From Eledone cirrhosa (lineage: Eukaryota), in contig OZ024740.1 in NCBI GenBank assembly GCA_964016885.1, positions 160,270,001 through 160,334,000 of the forward strand: 64,000 bases of DNA, read 5' to 3'. Of this stretch, positions 40,470 to 53,205 are shown piece after piece (the stretch's first letter is position 1; each line of letters starts with the position of its first letter). Below the pieces are notes generated by a model. It did no database searches. It was not told the DNA's origin and saw only the letters and a list, made by a program, of their open reading frames with translations. A program made the position numbers and the translations under genes.

Positions 40470-41530
40470 GAAGAGATAAAGGGAGAAAGAAAAGACGTAC
40501 ATCTACCTATGTATGCTGGGGTTTACCCTATCTTGTTCGGCAAGTGGGGAGAAGAAGGATGTTGCAGCCATTGTCTACCCACCCGGGTCATGAGGGGGTT
40601 TGAGAGCGAGGTAAGTCCAACGCAATCGGTGTTTACATGCAGTTACAAGTTCGTCTTTTTTGTTTAGGAGTTAGTCCTTCGTAAACAGCAATTGTATTGT
40701 TTCCTCCGAGCATAAGTTACATGGACGGCATCCTCCTGTGTAGAAGTTAGCCTGGACAGTAAGCTCCAAGTAAGATTGTATGTTATGTTATTATCTTGGA
40801 GGTCCCAGATGGCTGCAACATCCTTCTTTTCCCCACTTGCCGAACAAGATAGGGGAAACCCCAGCATACATAGGTAGATGTACTTCTTTTCTTTCTCCCT
40901 ATATCTCTTCTTGTCACTTCCTTCCACTCCCTCTCCTCTTCCTTTTCCTTTTTCCTCTTTCGCCGACCCTGAGGCAGCCCATTGGGCTTTTGTAGCCTCA
41001 GTACCCCCACCCCAGTAAATTATATATAGCATTGGCCGAAAACGCTATACCATCTAAAATCATAGCAGCTGCTTTAGACCCTAGAGATTTTTATTATTTT
41101 TTACTATTTAATTATTTTCTTTTTTTTTTCTTTTAACCATTTAATTTTATAACGTCCCACTCTCAGATTTCTTTTTCACCTGTTTCCTACCTAGCCTAAT
41201 TTGATACACACTCCTTAGAATTTGCTGTATAGAATTTACTTTCAACGCTTGACCGGCTCCACCCACTCCCTCATTGTTCTACAGGCAAGTTCAGCTACCC
41301 CATCTCCCACCTACTGCCATGAAAGACTTAATTGTGTTTACAAGAAATTTTGACCAATCCTTTTGATTTATTACCACGCTAAAAATACTAGTTTAGTCTA
41401 GAAATAGCCGTTGAAACGGCTTGAGCTCTGTCGTCGGGGTTAAACATTTTCCTATTACCCACTCTACTACCCTAAGTATTGAGTACTCTGGTGCATTATG
41501 GTCTATCTGGTTCCTTACCACACTTCCTTC
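40470..41530. mobile_element. Penelope-like element: ORF 3' end on the minus strand (about 40810-40574) between 102-bp inverted repeats
   Basis: Minus strand IWDLQDNNITYNLTWSLL/ANFYTGGCRPCNLCSEETIQLL..LLNKKDELVTACKHR..KPPHDPGG*. Inverted arms at 40470-40571 and 40809-40910. Right boundary approximate. Confidence 0.75.
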
Positions 41531-42439
41531 ATTATATATATATATATATATATATATCCCGTTATCTCTGCCGCTATGCAGTACAACAGAAGATCCACTC
41601 TGCCATATGCTTGTGCTGAGGCATATATCTAGTAGGCAACGTCTTCCTCTACCATCTCCCCTCCCATACACCTCCCTTGCTGTAACCATCCCTCTCCTAT
41701 TATCTACATCCTCAATTTCCGCAAGCTTCTTCCCCACCCTCCCAAGTTCCCATCTCACACCATGAAGTGGTCCCTCTGGAGCCACAACAAAAGTGTGCAG
41801 CCCTCACTATATAGTGGTCATGTATGTGTCAAGATAAAAGCACCCAGTCCACTCTGTAAAGTGGTCGTATCAGTGACATGACAAAAAACACTCAGTACAC
41901 ACTGTAAATGTGGTTGGCATTAGGAAGGGCATCCTGCTGTAGAAACCAGTGCAAAATCAACCGTGTGTGAACAAAACATGGTCCTCCCACCTGATCTCAC
42001 CCAAAGGGACAGCCTGTCCTAACCATGCTAATGTGGAAAATGGACATTAAACTATAACGATGATGATGATGATGACATACATATATAGTGGAGGTGCATG
42101 GCTTAGTGATAAGGGTATTGGATTTACGATCATAATGTCGAGGGTTTGATTGCTGGACTGGATTGTGTGTCATGTTTCATTTCACATTGGCCTTTTAGCC
42201 AAGTGTTAGATTAGGCAAAATTAACTTAAACACTCTACACTACCCTCTTTGATTCTTACATGCCGAAAATATATTCTTTCTTTCATTTGTTTTTTATCCC
42301 TTTGAATTGAAGTTTACCATTTCTACAGATTATAGATAGTTACATAGGATAAAATCTCTCTTAATGCTGGCTTGGCATCCTCAGGTTAGTCTGCCTTCTT
42401 ACCTCTTCCCCTTTGTATTTCTGTGTACTGCTGTGTCAG

Positions 42440-42720
42440 TCATTGGATATGACTCTGTCCTATATTACCTGATTGACTATACAGGTTACTGGTTTGACTC
42501 CTACACCTCCTGATGCATTTAGCATCCCAGCAACTATTTCTGATAGTTCCACAGCTTTATCATTCTTCACCTCTTTGATTGCTTCTTTAACCCTATAACT
42601 ATCAATTTCAATACCTAATCCTACTGTTGGGTAAGTTGGGAATAGTTTTTCTTCTTCCCATTCATTTTCTACATTCATCAGTTTCCCATTGTAATATTCT
42701 TGAGCATCAGTAGTGCTAAA
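42440..42720 (-). mobile_element. Old RTE pre-RT fragment
   Basis: KLMNVENEWEEE..VKEAIKEVKNDKAVELSEIVAGMLNASG. Confidence 0.65.
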
Positions 42721-42867
42721 TGTACCAGTCATTTCTAACACACTTTTCGCTAACGTACTGATTTATACTGACACATATGTATGTATGTATATATGTGTGT
42801 AGATGTGCGTGTAGATGTGTGTATGTATATATATGTATGTGTATATATATGTATGTGTATATATATG

Positions 42868-42926
<59 letters not shown>

Positions 42927-42949
42927 AAGTATATGTATGTATATATATG

Positions 42950-44570
42950 TATCATCATCATCATTTTCATTGTTTAACGTCCATCTTCCACGCTAGCATG
43001 GGTTTTGTTCCATTTGATGCAGGAATGGTCAGGAGACCATGTCTCGCTCGCACGGAAGTGTCTCTGGCTGTTTTTTTTTTACAGCTGGATGCTCTTCCTA
43101 ACACCTACCACATTTACAGTGTGGACTGGGAGCCTTTTCACCGTGTCTCCTAAATGGCCACCTTACAGTGTGGACTATTGTGTCATACACACATGGACAC
43201 AGTGGACAGAACGGGAGAGTGAGGGTGAGGTAGAGTGTGGCGGTGGGGTGTACATTGAGTTAAGAGGCGCTACTCACTGTAGGTTTGTATGCAATGGTAG
43301 TCAGATCTTCTGTACAACAATACATGTTCCCAAGGTCTTGATCCAGTGTCATTGTCTTGAAGAGGTGTAGGTGGGCAAGGTTAGTTTTTATTAACTCATC
43401 CCAAGTTTTTCTTGGTCTACCCACTCCGCAGCTTCCAGCAATTTTCATTGCCCTGCAATTTTTATACACCCGTCATCCTTCATATGCATTACATGTCCAT
43501 ACCAACGCAACACCTCTCCAGAACACAACGTTTGATACCTCTTATGCTTAGCCTCCCTCTTAGTTCGTTTATGCTTTGCCTTTCGTGCACGTTACTATTA
43601 CACATCCATCGGAGCATGCAAGCTTCATTTCTTTCTAATCTACGCAGGTCTTCAGCACACAATGCCCAAGTCTCACTACCATGTAATATTGCCATTCGTA
43701 TACATGCCTCATACAATCAGCCTTTCATTTTTAGAGAAAAACCCCTTGTGGGCAACAGCGGTATTAGCTCTCTCAACTTTATCCATCCTGTTCTAACTCT
43801 GGCTACTATACTTTCAGAGCACCCTCCTCCACTGCTGCTTTTGTGACCCAGGTAACAGAAGGTGTCTACTATTTCTAGGCAGTTGAAGGAGATATCATCC
43901 AGTGGTTCCTTGCTACTTAATCCACCTGAGCATCGACCACATATAAAATATACATTCTTAGATAGCTTACCTCTAATCCCACTACATCTTTTATGCACCC
44001 ATATTTTGCATTTGGGACATAGAATGGAGTTTCTGCCTACTCCTTTCTTACACTCTGAGCATGGCCATTTCCCAGAAGGTACCTGTGCCCTATCCTCCGT
44101 TCTGCATACTAGTATTTTAGTCTTAGACAAGTTGACTCTAAGGGATTTTGATTCAAGGCTATGCTTCCATGTTTGGACCTTCCTCTCTAGTTCAGCCATA
44201 GATTCAGCTATGACAGTTAGACTATCTGCATATAGAAGTTCCCATGGGCAGCCATTCTTAAACCCTTCTGTTATAGCCTGCAGGACAATTATAAACAAGA
44301 GGGGGCTAAGAACAGAGCCCTGGTGAACCCCTACCATTAAGGTAAATTCATCACTATATTCTTTGTTAATTCTAACCTTGCTGACTGTTCCTCTATACAT
44401 GGCTTGTATTGCTCTCACAGCAATTCTTCCACTCCTAGTTTTCTAAGAGTCCACCAGATTAAGGTGCATGGGAGTCTGTCAAAGGCCTTCTCCAGGTCAA
44501 CAAAAGCTAAGTAGAGGGGTTTAATGTTAGCCACGTACTTCTCCTGCAATTGTCGTACAAGGAAAAGAGC
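42950..44570 (-). mobile_element. RTE LINE 3' part (RT with PHD-like Cys/His insert, C-terminus, UTR, tail)
   Basis: [30 protein letters not shown] (YADD decayed), ILHGSETW, VGRPRKTW. Confidence 0.9.
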
Positions 44571-44579
44571 ATATATATG

Positions 44580-44626
<47 letters not shown>

Positions 44627-44807
44627 ATATATGTGTGTATATATATATATCTATATATATATATATATGTGTGTATATATATGTGTATATATATATATAT
44701 ACATATATATATATAATATATACATATATATATAAATACATATATATATACATATATATACATATATATCCATATATATATACATATATATATATATCTG
44801 TGTATAT

Positions 44808-44839
<32 letters not shown>

Positions 44840-45300
44840 CAAAGATTTGAAGACAATTCATTATTCACCTGATGAGATCAGTGATAATGACCACACGATC
44901 GATCTATCTCTTATTGTCGTGATTAAAATGATTGGAAATTTATACCATGTCTTCGGATCTTTATTTTGATATATATACATACATATATATATGTGTATAT
45001 ATATATATATTTCGTTTCTGAATTGGTTTAGCAAGATTCTTTATCTGAAAACATGTGTTGAAACCAAAGCATAACAATATATATATACCGTCGGTCAGTC
45101 AATGGCAACATTGAGGACCGAGTAAGTTAGATTACCGATATAAAATACACAGAAGCGAGAAGCGAAAACCAACCACACAGTGAGTGTGTTCTGTTATTAA
45201 TTCTGGCAATATTACACAAATATGACCCTCCCCAAGTATAACAATATATATATATATACCCTTGCAAGCAGGGAAAAGCGGACGCAAAATGATGATGATA

Positions 45301-45337
<37 letters not shown>

Positions 45338-45341
<4 letters not shown>

Positions 45342-45765
45342 TCATCATCATCATCATCACCGTTTTACGTCCGTTCTTCCACGCTAGCATGGGTTAGACG
45401 GGTTGTCCTGTTGTGGGCAGTGTCTGGTCGGCTGACCATGCCTTGCTCATACAGGAACTGATCTGGCTTGATTTCTACAGCTGGATGCCCTTCCTAACAC
45501 CAACCTCATTTACAGTGAGTGCTGGGTGCTTTTTCGTGGCGCCTACACGTCCACTTTACAGTGTGGGCTGGGTGCTTTTTTGCCGTGGCACCTCCACCAC
45601 CACCTTGCGGTGGGGGGGGGGGCATATTGTTTATATGCTTCAGCATGTACCCATGGGAGGTCGGGTACCCTGTATTACTGCGTGACGCCAGAAGTCACGG
45701 TCGTGTGTCATTGACTTTGAGAGGTGTAGTTGGGTAAGGTCGGCTTTTATCACCTCATCCCAAGT
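45338..45765 (-). mobile_element. RTE 3' end, subfamily B
   Basis: TWDEVIKADL..DRDFWRHAV plus UTR and (CAT)n. Confidence 0.8.
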
Positions 45766-45857
45766 CATCATGTATATATATATATATATATATATGGATA
45801 TATGTATATATATGTATAGAATTCTCAAGAATCAAAGCTATGTTCAAAGCATTTATT

Positions 45858-45904
45858 CACTTACAATTGTTTCATCCAAACCTAGGCTTGGAGTCTTCGG
45901 AGCA
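45858..45904 (-). ncRNA. Variant type I hammerhead ribozyme (CCGAAGA core)
   Basis: Minus strand TGCT-CCGAAGA-CTCCAAGC CTAG GTTTGGAT-GAAA-CAATTG-TA^AGTG, with palindromic stem III ACAATTGT; U4 changed to C and a C10.1/U11.1 mismatch. Confidence 0.5.
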
Positions 45905-46277
45905 TTTTTCAATGTTTGTACACATAATTGACCTCCTTTCCAACGCAAGAGGCATAGAGATACATATATATATATTGATGTACAGTGGAGTGACATATAT
46001 TATATTATATTATTTCTGTATAGCAATTCAAATTCAAAATCAAAATTAAAATTAAAACAAAATTAAAATACATCCGGCAGTTAACATAGATAATGCAAGA
46101 GGATAGTTCGTTAGTCAGATGTAATAGTTATTGTATGCGTTAGTTACACGTGGGGCATGCATGTGTGTCTCATGTATATATGATTATTGTGTGGCAGAGT
46201 GTTACATGTAATACAAACACTTTAAGCGGGTAAGTAAGAGTATTATGGAGGTTGTAGTGGTAAGGTATTTTTTGTAT

Positions 46278-46862
<585 letters not shown>

Positions 46863-46864
46863 AT

Positions 46865-47028
46865 GCATCATCATCATCATCATCAACGTTTAACGTCCGT
46901 GTTCCACGCTTGCATGGGTTTGGACGGGGGTTTTCCCACTTGAGGCAAGAGTGATTGTCTTGCTCGCATAGGACTATCTGGCGGGTTTTCTACAGCTGGA
47001 TGCCCTTCCTAACACCAACCACATTTAC
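46865..47028 (-). mobile_element. RTE subfamily A 3' UTR fragment
   Basis: Near-identical to the reverse complement of 613-773. Confidence 0.8.
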
Positions 47029-47112
47029 ATATGCATATATATATATATATGTATATATATATGTATATATATATATATATGTATATATATATGTATGTAT
47101 GTATGTATATAT

Positions 47113-47153
<41 letters not shown>

Positions 47154-47239
47154 TGTATGTATATATATATATATGTATATGTATATATATATATATGTAT
47201 ATGTATATATATATACATGTGTATATGTATATATATATG

Positions 47240-47272
<33 letters not shown>

Positions 47273-47289
47273 GTGTATATGTATATATA

Positions 47290-48105
47290 GAACCCGGAAA
47301 CAGAGGCCAACCTGGAGAAGAAAGATCTGGAAGCTGAAAGACCCCTCAACCAGTAACAGATTTAAAAATATTTTACTCAACGCCTACGACAGTAAAGAAG
47401 AACAGATAGAGACATTTAACGTAGAAGAGAACTGGGAGTTCCTAAAAAATAACTTACTAGAGGCGACGGATGAGGTTTGTGGCTGGAGTAAGACCTTAAG
47501 CAGGAGGACAGTGACTTGGTGGTGGAACAATAAGGTAGATGAAGCAGTCAAGGCCAAGAGACAGGCATGGAAAGACTGGAAGAACGGGGGGAGCAGGGTA
47601 CATTACATAGAGACCAAGAGGGAAGCTAGGCGACAAGTATACTTAGCTAGGAGGGAAGCAGAGGATAGAAAATTCAAGCATGTTTTACAACGTGAGGACC
47701 AGAAACAGGAGGTATTCAATATTGCGAGGCAGTGTGTCAGAGATAGTTGTGATGTCATTGGAGAGAAGTGTATCCGGAATGATAAAGGTGAGCTTGCCCT
47801 CACAAGTGCTGAGAAGAAAGATGCATGGAAGAGTCATTATGATAGATTACTAAATGAGGAGAATGCATGGGAAGAAGAGACCCTACCCCATGTAGACCCT
47901 ATAGAGGGACCAGCAGTACAAGTCAGCGGCAGCGTAGTAAGTAAGGCAATCAGAGATATGAAGATAGGGAAGGCAACCGGTCCATCGGGTATAGCTGCCG
48001 AGATGCTGAAGGCATCTGGGTCTGTAGGTCACACTATAACCACACGTATCGTTAACCAGGTAATACTAGAAGGGGCCATACCAAAAGATTGGTGCAGTAG
48101 CATAT
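47290..48105 (+). mobile_element. RTE ORF internal fragment (linker between EN and RT), open frame
   Basis: [55 protein letters not shown]. Confidence 0.88.
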
Positions 48106-48322
48106 TTTCCACATCATACAGATAATGTAGCGCTAACGGCGATGTTGAAGAGAATAAAGTTTGAGCTTTTCTAATCGACCCCAACAGTCAAGGCCTGTCA
48201 TGCCAACTATCTTTTTTATATGTATGTATATATATGTATATATCTATGTATATATATATATGTATATATGTATGTATATATATATATGTATGTATATATC
48301 TATATATGTATGTATATATATA

Positions 48323-48358
<36 letters not shown>

Positions 48359-48377
48359 TATATATATATATATATAT

Positions 48378-49138
48378 AATATATTTAGAAACACACAGAT
48401 ACATGCGGACACACACATATACATGAATGCATCCACATCCAACCGTGAGTCAATGGTGCCAACCTTACCGATGTTGCTCAATGAATGACTGGGACAGACC
48501 AATCCGGTTGAACCAGACTGAACCAGTATCAGAGTTAAAAATACATTATGAAGAGAGAAGGAACATTTAGATATAATTAGTAATAAAATGTATCATACCT
48601 AAACTGCTCCTAGATTCCTCGACTACGTAGTTTCGTGGCATAAACAAAAACATTACATCATAAAGATATAGAGCCTTTGCGAGGTCTGCCGACTTATCAA
48701 GAGGATACCTCATTTTATAGCTTCAAGAACACGTCTACACGACGTGAGAAAGAATCCCAGAAGGCGGAGGGGGAGATAGTCACGCGATATAACGGTCGAG
48801 AAACAGAGCTAAGCCTCTTATAACCCCGAAGAAAATACCACGGAGGCGGAGGGGGTATTTATATCGAAGCCGTAGAAGAGGTGGTAAAGGAGGCGAGAAG
48901 TATGAGTAATGGCAGCTTTCCAGCAGTCACTACACTTCAAAGATTACTCGACCAGAGGGAGTTATGAACAATATATTTAGAAACACACAGATACATGCGG
49001 ACACACACATATACATGAATGCATCCACATCCAACCGTGAGTCAATGGTGCCAACCTTACCGATGTTGCTCAATGAATGACTGGGACAGACCAATCCGGT
49101 TGAACCAGACTGAACCAGTATCAGAGTTAAAAATACAT

Positions 49139-49141
<3 letters not shown>
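48378..49141 (-). mobile_element. Non-coding HHR-containing retroelement (retrozyme-like or Penelope-derived), 592-bp unit plus 172-bp terminal direct repeat
   Basis: 48378-48549 and 48970-49141 appear identical; HHR inside; (TA)n on both flanks. Confidence 0.7.
48616..48705 (-). ncRNA. Type I hammerhead ribozyme with U3-A8 core variant
   Basis: Minus strand TCCTC-TTGATAA-GT(C)GGCA...TGCCAC-GAAA-CTACGTAG-TC^GAGGA; all three helices pair; GUC cleavage triplet. Confidence 0.75.
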
Positions 49142-49171
<30 letters not shown>

Positions 49172-49254
49172 GTATATATATATGTATATATATGTATACA
49201 TATTTATATGTATATATGTATACATCTATATATATATGTATATATATATGTATA

Positions 49255-49556
49255 TGGCTTAGTGGTTAGAGCAATCAAAAGGTTGTGAGTTCAATTCTCA
49301 GACCGGGTGATGTGTTGTTTCCTTGAGCAAGACACTTTATTTCACATTACTCCAGTTTACTCAGCTGTAGAAATGAGATGATAGGGACTGGGTTCCCTAT
49401 CATTCCACTGCAAAGTGGTCGTGGAGGTACCACGGCAAAAAAGCACCCAGCACTCACTGTAAATGAGGTTGGTGTTAGGAAGGGCATCCAGCTGTAGAAA
49501 TCAAGCCAGAATCAGTTCCCGTCCCACCCTTGCAAGCAGGGAAAAGCGGACGTAAA

Positions 49557-49590
<34 letters not shown>
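49255..49590 (+). mobile_element. SINE family 2: tRNA head, CORE-like domain and RTE subfamily B 3' tail
   Basis: TGGCTTAGTGG / GAGTTCAATTC boxes, CCTTGAGCAAGACACTTTATTTCAC core, RTE UTR segments, (GAT)n. Confidence 0.8.
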
Positions 49591-49591
<1 letters not shown>

Positions 49592-50454
49592 ATATATGTA
49601 TATATATATATATATGTATATATATACATGTATATATGTATATTATGTATATGTTTATATATATGTATATAAATATATGTATATGTATGTATATATGTAT
49701 AAGTCTATATATATATATATTCCTGAGGCATAACAGTGAGACAATCAATTGAACACAGTGGGATCGCCACCACAAAAAATTACTTTGTTCGTCGGGGGTA
49801 GTGAAATCATTATCAATACAGGCACATCAGATTTCATATACAGATGCATGCAGATATGTACATTTGCAAAGATACATATCCATATAAAAGGAACATTGAA
49901 TGAAATGTAAAAGAGCCTGTGTATATATTTCTAATATGTATTTGTGTATATGTCTGTGTGCTTATATGTATGTGTTTGTGTGTATACACTTTTTGTACGT
50001 ATCTCATTTATAAATGATTAAAAAAACTGTCCTATAGGTAATTTGTTATTCACCCAAATTTTAATTGAATTTTTCACTCAGTTATCTTTCCAATCATCTG
50101 ATGGCTGCCTAGTTAGACCCTGAGTGGTTTCTGTTTAAAATGATAAAATCAATTGTTGTTTATTTATGTATATGTCTGTTCATGTATGTATGTATATGTA
50201 TGTATGTGTGAGTACTTGCCTGTGTGTCACTCACCCCAGAATATCTTAGTACAAAACAAAAACGTTTAAATCAGTGCTATTTGTTGATTTCCTTTGTAAA
50301 TAATAGACCCTACTATCCAGTAGTTGATGAAATAAAATATTCCTGTCGTCAGAAAGGGCATCTGGCTGTAGAAAAGAAAACCTGTTCAACCCATCCAAAC
50401 ATGTCAATGCAGATATAATTATGATGATGCTGATATATAACATATATAAAACAC

Positions 50455-51000
50455 ATGTCAGGTTGGTCTTCAGTGCTACTGGTAACATGTAACCCAGTAC
50501 AATCTGTGCATGGTCGGATCGTCGGCGACTAAACTGGCAACTCTACCAAGCTTGGTTGGTGAGGAGGGTGAAAATGGACACCCCTGCGGGATGAAAATCA
50601 AAATCCATCAAAGGTCAGAAGACCTTTTTTTTGTGTGGAGTGAGTGAATCCTAGTCTTCATTAAACATCTCTTTAGGAGAAGGTCACTCTAATATAAAAC
50701 CTGCAACTTCGTTTGCATCCAATGATGTAGACCAGTTCTTCTTTTGGGGCAAATGCATTCAATGATCAAAGAGTGGGATTGGCTCTGTGCAAAGCTTCAA
50801 GCCCAGGCATCACTTGATACATGACATTTTTTGTGATTTATGGCATTCCTGGCATCCCTAGCAGAACTAAAAAACCACGCCCGTGATGCTCATGCTTAAG
50901 TATCAAAGGATGGCATTGCTCAAAATCGAGTTGCAGCCATTATAAAACACGAGAGTACTTAATACCAAATTGATATAGTTTAATTACATTCAACGTCCAG
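50455..51000 (+). mobile_element. Putative 5' end of an RTE-type element (non-coding)
   Basis: First about 160 nt homologous to the reverse complement of 61190-61348; contains a TAGGAGAAGGTCACTCTAATATAAAACCT motif that I associate with RTE 5' UTRs. Right boundary approximate. Confidence 0.45.
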
Positions 51001-51689
51001 TGGTACAAATCTAATTGTCTATCTGTTTACAATATTGGTCGATCTCCGACAGGTTTGCAGTCAAGTCCATGGCAGTGGAGACTTCTTGTGTCCTTGGCTC
51101 TAGGGCCACCTAACTGCTCACCACCAATATAGTGGACTGTGCTAAACAAACACTGAAAGGCTAGGTGATGTTAAAGTGAACAAAATATTTAGTCTTCTAG
51201 CCAAGAACAGGTCCATCTGAAGGACTCCTGCACAGTTTCTGTCTACCCAATTATGCTCACAGAACATGGTTCAACTCAATGCTATGGTAGAAGACATTTA
51301 TTTCACTCTTACCATCCTCTAATGATATTGCAGAAAATATATAAAAATGGGTTTGTTAATTCAAATGTTTACAACTCGAAAGATTGTTAAAATGTTCAAT
51401 CTTCGAGTAAAGACTTTAATTCTTAATGTGATGTAGTTCTATACTTTTATCTATACATTTCAAGAATCTCTTGCTAATGCAGTTTCATGTGGTACAGGAT
51501 CTTATGAATTATGTTGCCAAGCATTGTGGTCAAACCTCGAAATGTGATTGTGAAGTGAAATTAGCCACATAGCCTAACCTATTATCTATATTGGTTTTAA
51601 AGTTTTTTCTGGTCAGAGGATGTAGGGTTTGAAAGCATAACACATGAGCTGGAACAGGTATTACAATGCCTTTCATTCAATGTTCTACC

Positions 51690-52653
51690 AATTCTGTTAT
51701 TTCACCACTCCACAAAAAGGACAGATACTGAACACTATAGATCTTTCCTGCTATCAGACCTGGACACAATGCAGCAATGGATCATGGACTGGCAACTCAA
51801 GCTGGCTGTGGACATGTGTACCATCATGCATTTTTGGAGGAAAAGCCCAGCATCCACATACTCCATCCACAAAACTAATAGCAAGAAATATTCTTGTGAA
51901 CGTAACTTGGGCATTACAGTTAGCAGCAATTTGCGTTGGACAAAGCAGATCTCTAAAATTGTCAAGAAGGCCGAGGGTGTCTTAGCATCACTCAGCAAGA
52001 CCTTTGTCAGCCGCTTTCCAGCTATCTATTTAAAGCTGTATATAGCTATAGTGCGGCCACACTTAGAATTTGCATCACCAGTCTTATCTTGCTCAGAACA
52101 TTGACCTCCTGAAAACTGTTCAGGGACGTGCAACCAAGCGAATACCCTCCATCAGGCATATACCTTACTCTGAACACCTTGCTTCCATGGGCATGGATAC
52201 ATTGAAGCTCCGATGTCTGGCAACTGACTTGATAAACACCCACAAAATTATTAACCATCTTGCCAAAAACAACCCTGAGCACCTTTTTGAATCCCATGTG
52301 TCTAACACACGTGGGCATGCCTACAAAGTCAGAAAACAGCACAGCACCCATGACTTTCAGAAACATTTTTTCATACTCAGAGTTGCTGAAGCATGGAACA
52401 AACTACCTGCATCGGTTGTTAGCTGCCAAGACACTGCATCCTTTAAAACCTCCATGCTGCCTTAAATTTGTCAACACTACACCTGATATCCCCCCTCCAT
52501 ACACACGCACACATGTATATCATGAGTCATACACTGTTCACTTTCCTGACAGTTATACATTATTCTATGCATTATACATGCACTTTTGATGAGTTGTGGT
52601 GCATTTGAGCACTGTACACAATAATTTCATTATTATTACTATTATTATTATTA
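51690..52653 (+). mobile_element. CR1-group LINE 3' fragment
   Basis: WIMDWQLKL..CTIMH, ERNLGITVSSNLRW, YIAIVRPHLEFASPV, TRGHAYKV, RVAEAWNKLP, (ATT)n tail. Confidence 0.85.
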
Positions 52654-52655
52654 CT

Positions 52656-52800
52656 AAGTTAACCTTAGCGGGATTTCTAAGTTCAAATCCCGCCATGGTT
52701 AACTTTGCCTTTCATCCTTACGGGGTCGATAAAATAAAGTACCAGTAATACACTGGGTAATTACTAGCCTTGTGCCAAAAGTAGAAACAATTATTATTAT
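52656..52800 (+). mobile_element. 5'-truncated SINE family 1 with fold-back 5' end
   Basis: AAGTTAACC..GCGGGATTT / AAATCCCGC..GGTTAACTT inverted pair, then normal body. Confidence 0.7.
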
Positions 52801-52952
52801 TAATAAGTTTATCAGTACTAAGCAGGTGCTTGGAACATAACAAAAATTCTTACATGAAAATATGATGGACGGTTTAAATCTAAATATGAATATTTTAAAG
52901 CAAATAGCTTTCTTTCATAGTATCGGCAGCAGTTTCAGACAGTTTAAATTAA

Positions 52953-53205
52953 CCCTTTCATTACTGTATTTATAACAAAATACGCTACCTATGAGTTATA
53001 ATTCATTTGAAAATAATCAAACATTTGGAGGAATTTAATAAAATATATAATTTTTTCATTAGTAACGGATATTTACAACATTACTCGACAAACATTTCTA
53101 AGATATCATTATGGTGGAAGGTTTTAACACAAGAATGAACATTTAAAATGAACAGCTTTGCATCATAAATCCAGAGTGTTTTCAGGTAGTTTAGTATTAA
53201 AATGG
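52953..53205. mobile_element. TTAA-flanked MITE
   Basis: TTAA|CCCTTTCATTACT...AGTATTAAAATGG|TTAA. Confidence 0.55.

Noticed and set aside
44862-44902. CTGATGA-GATC..GATC-GA hammerhead start
   Set aside because: Truncated before GAAA and stem III; counted only as a relic.
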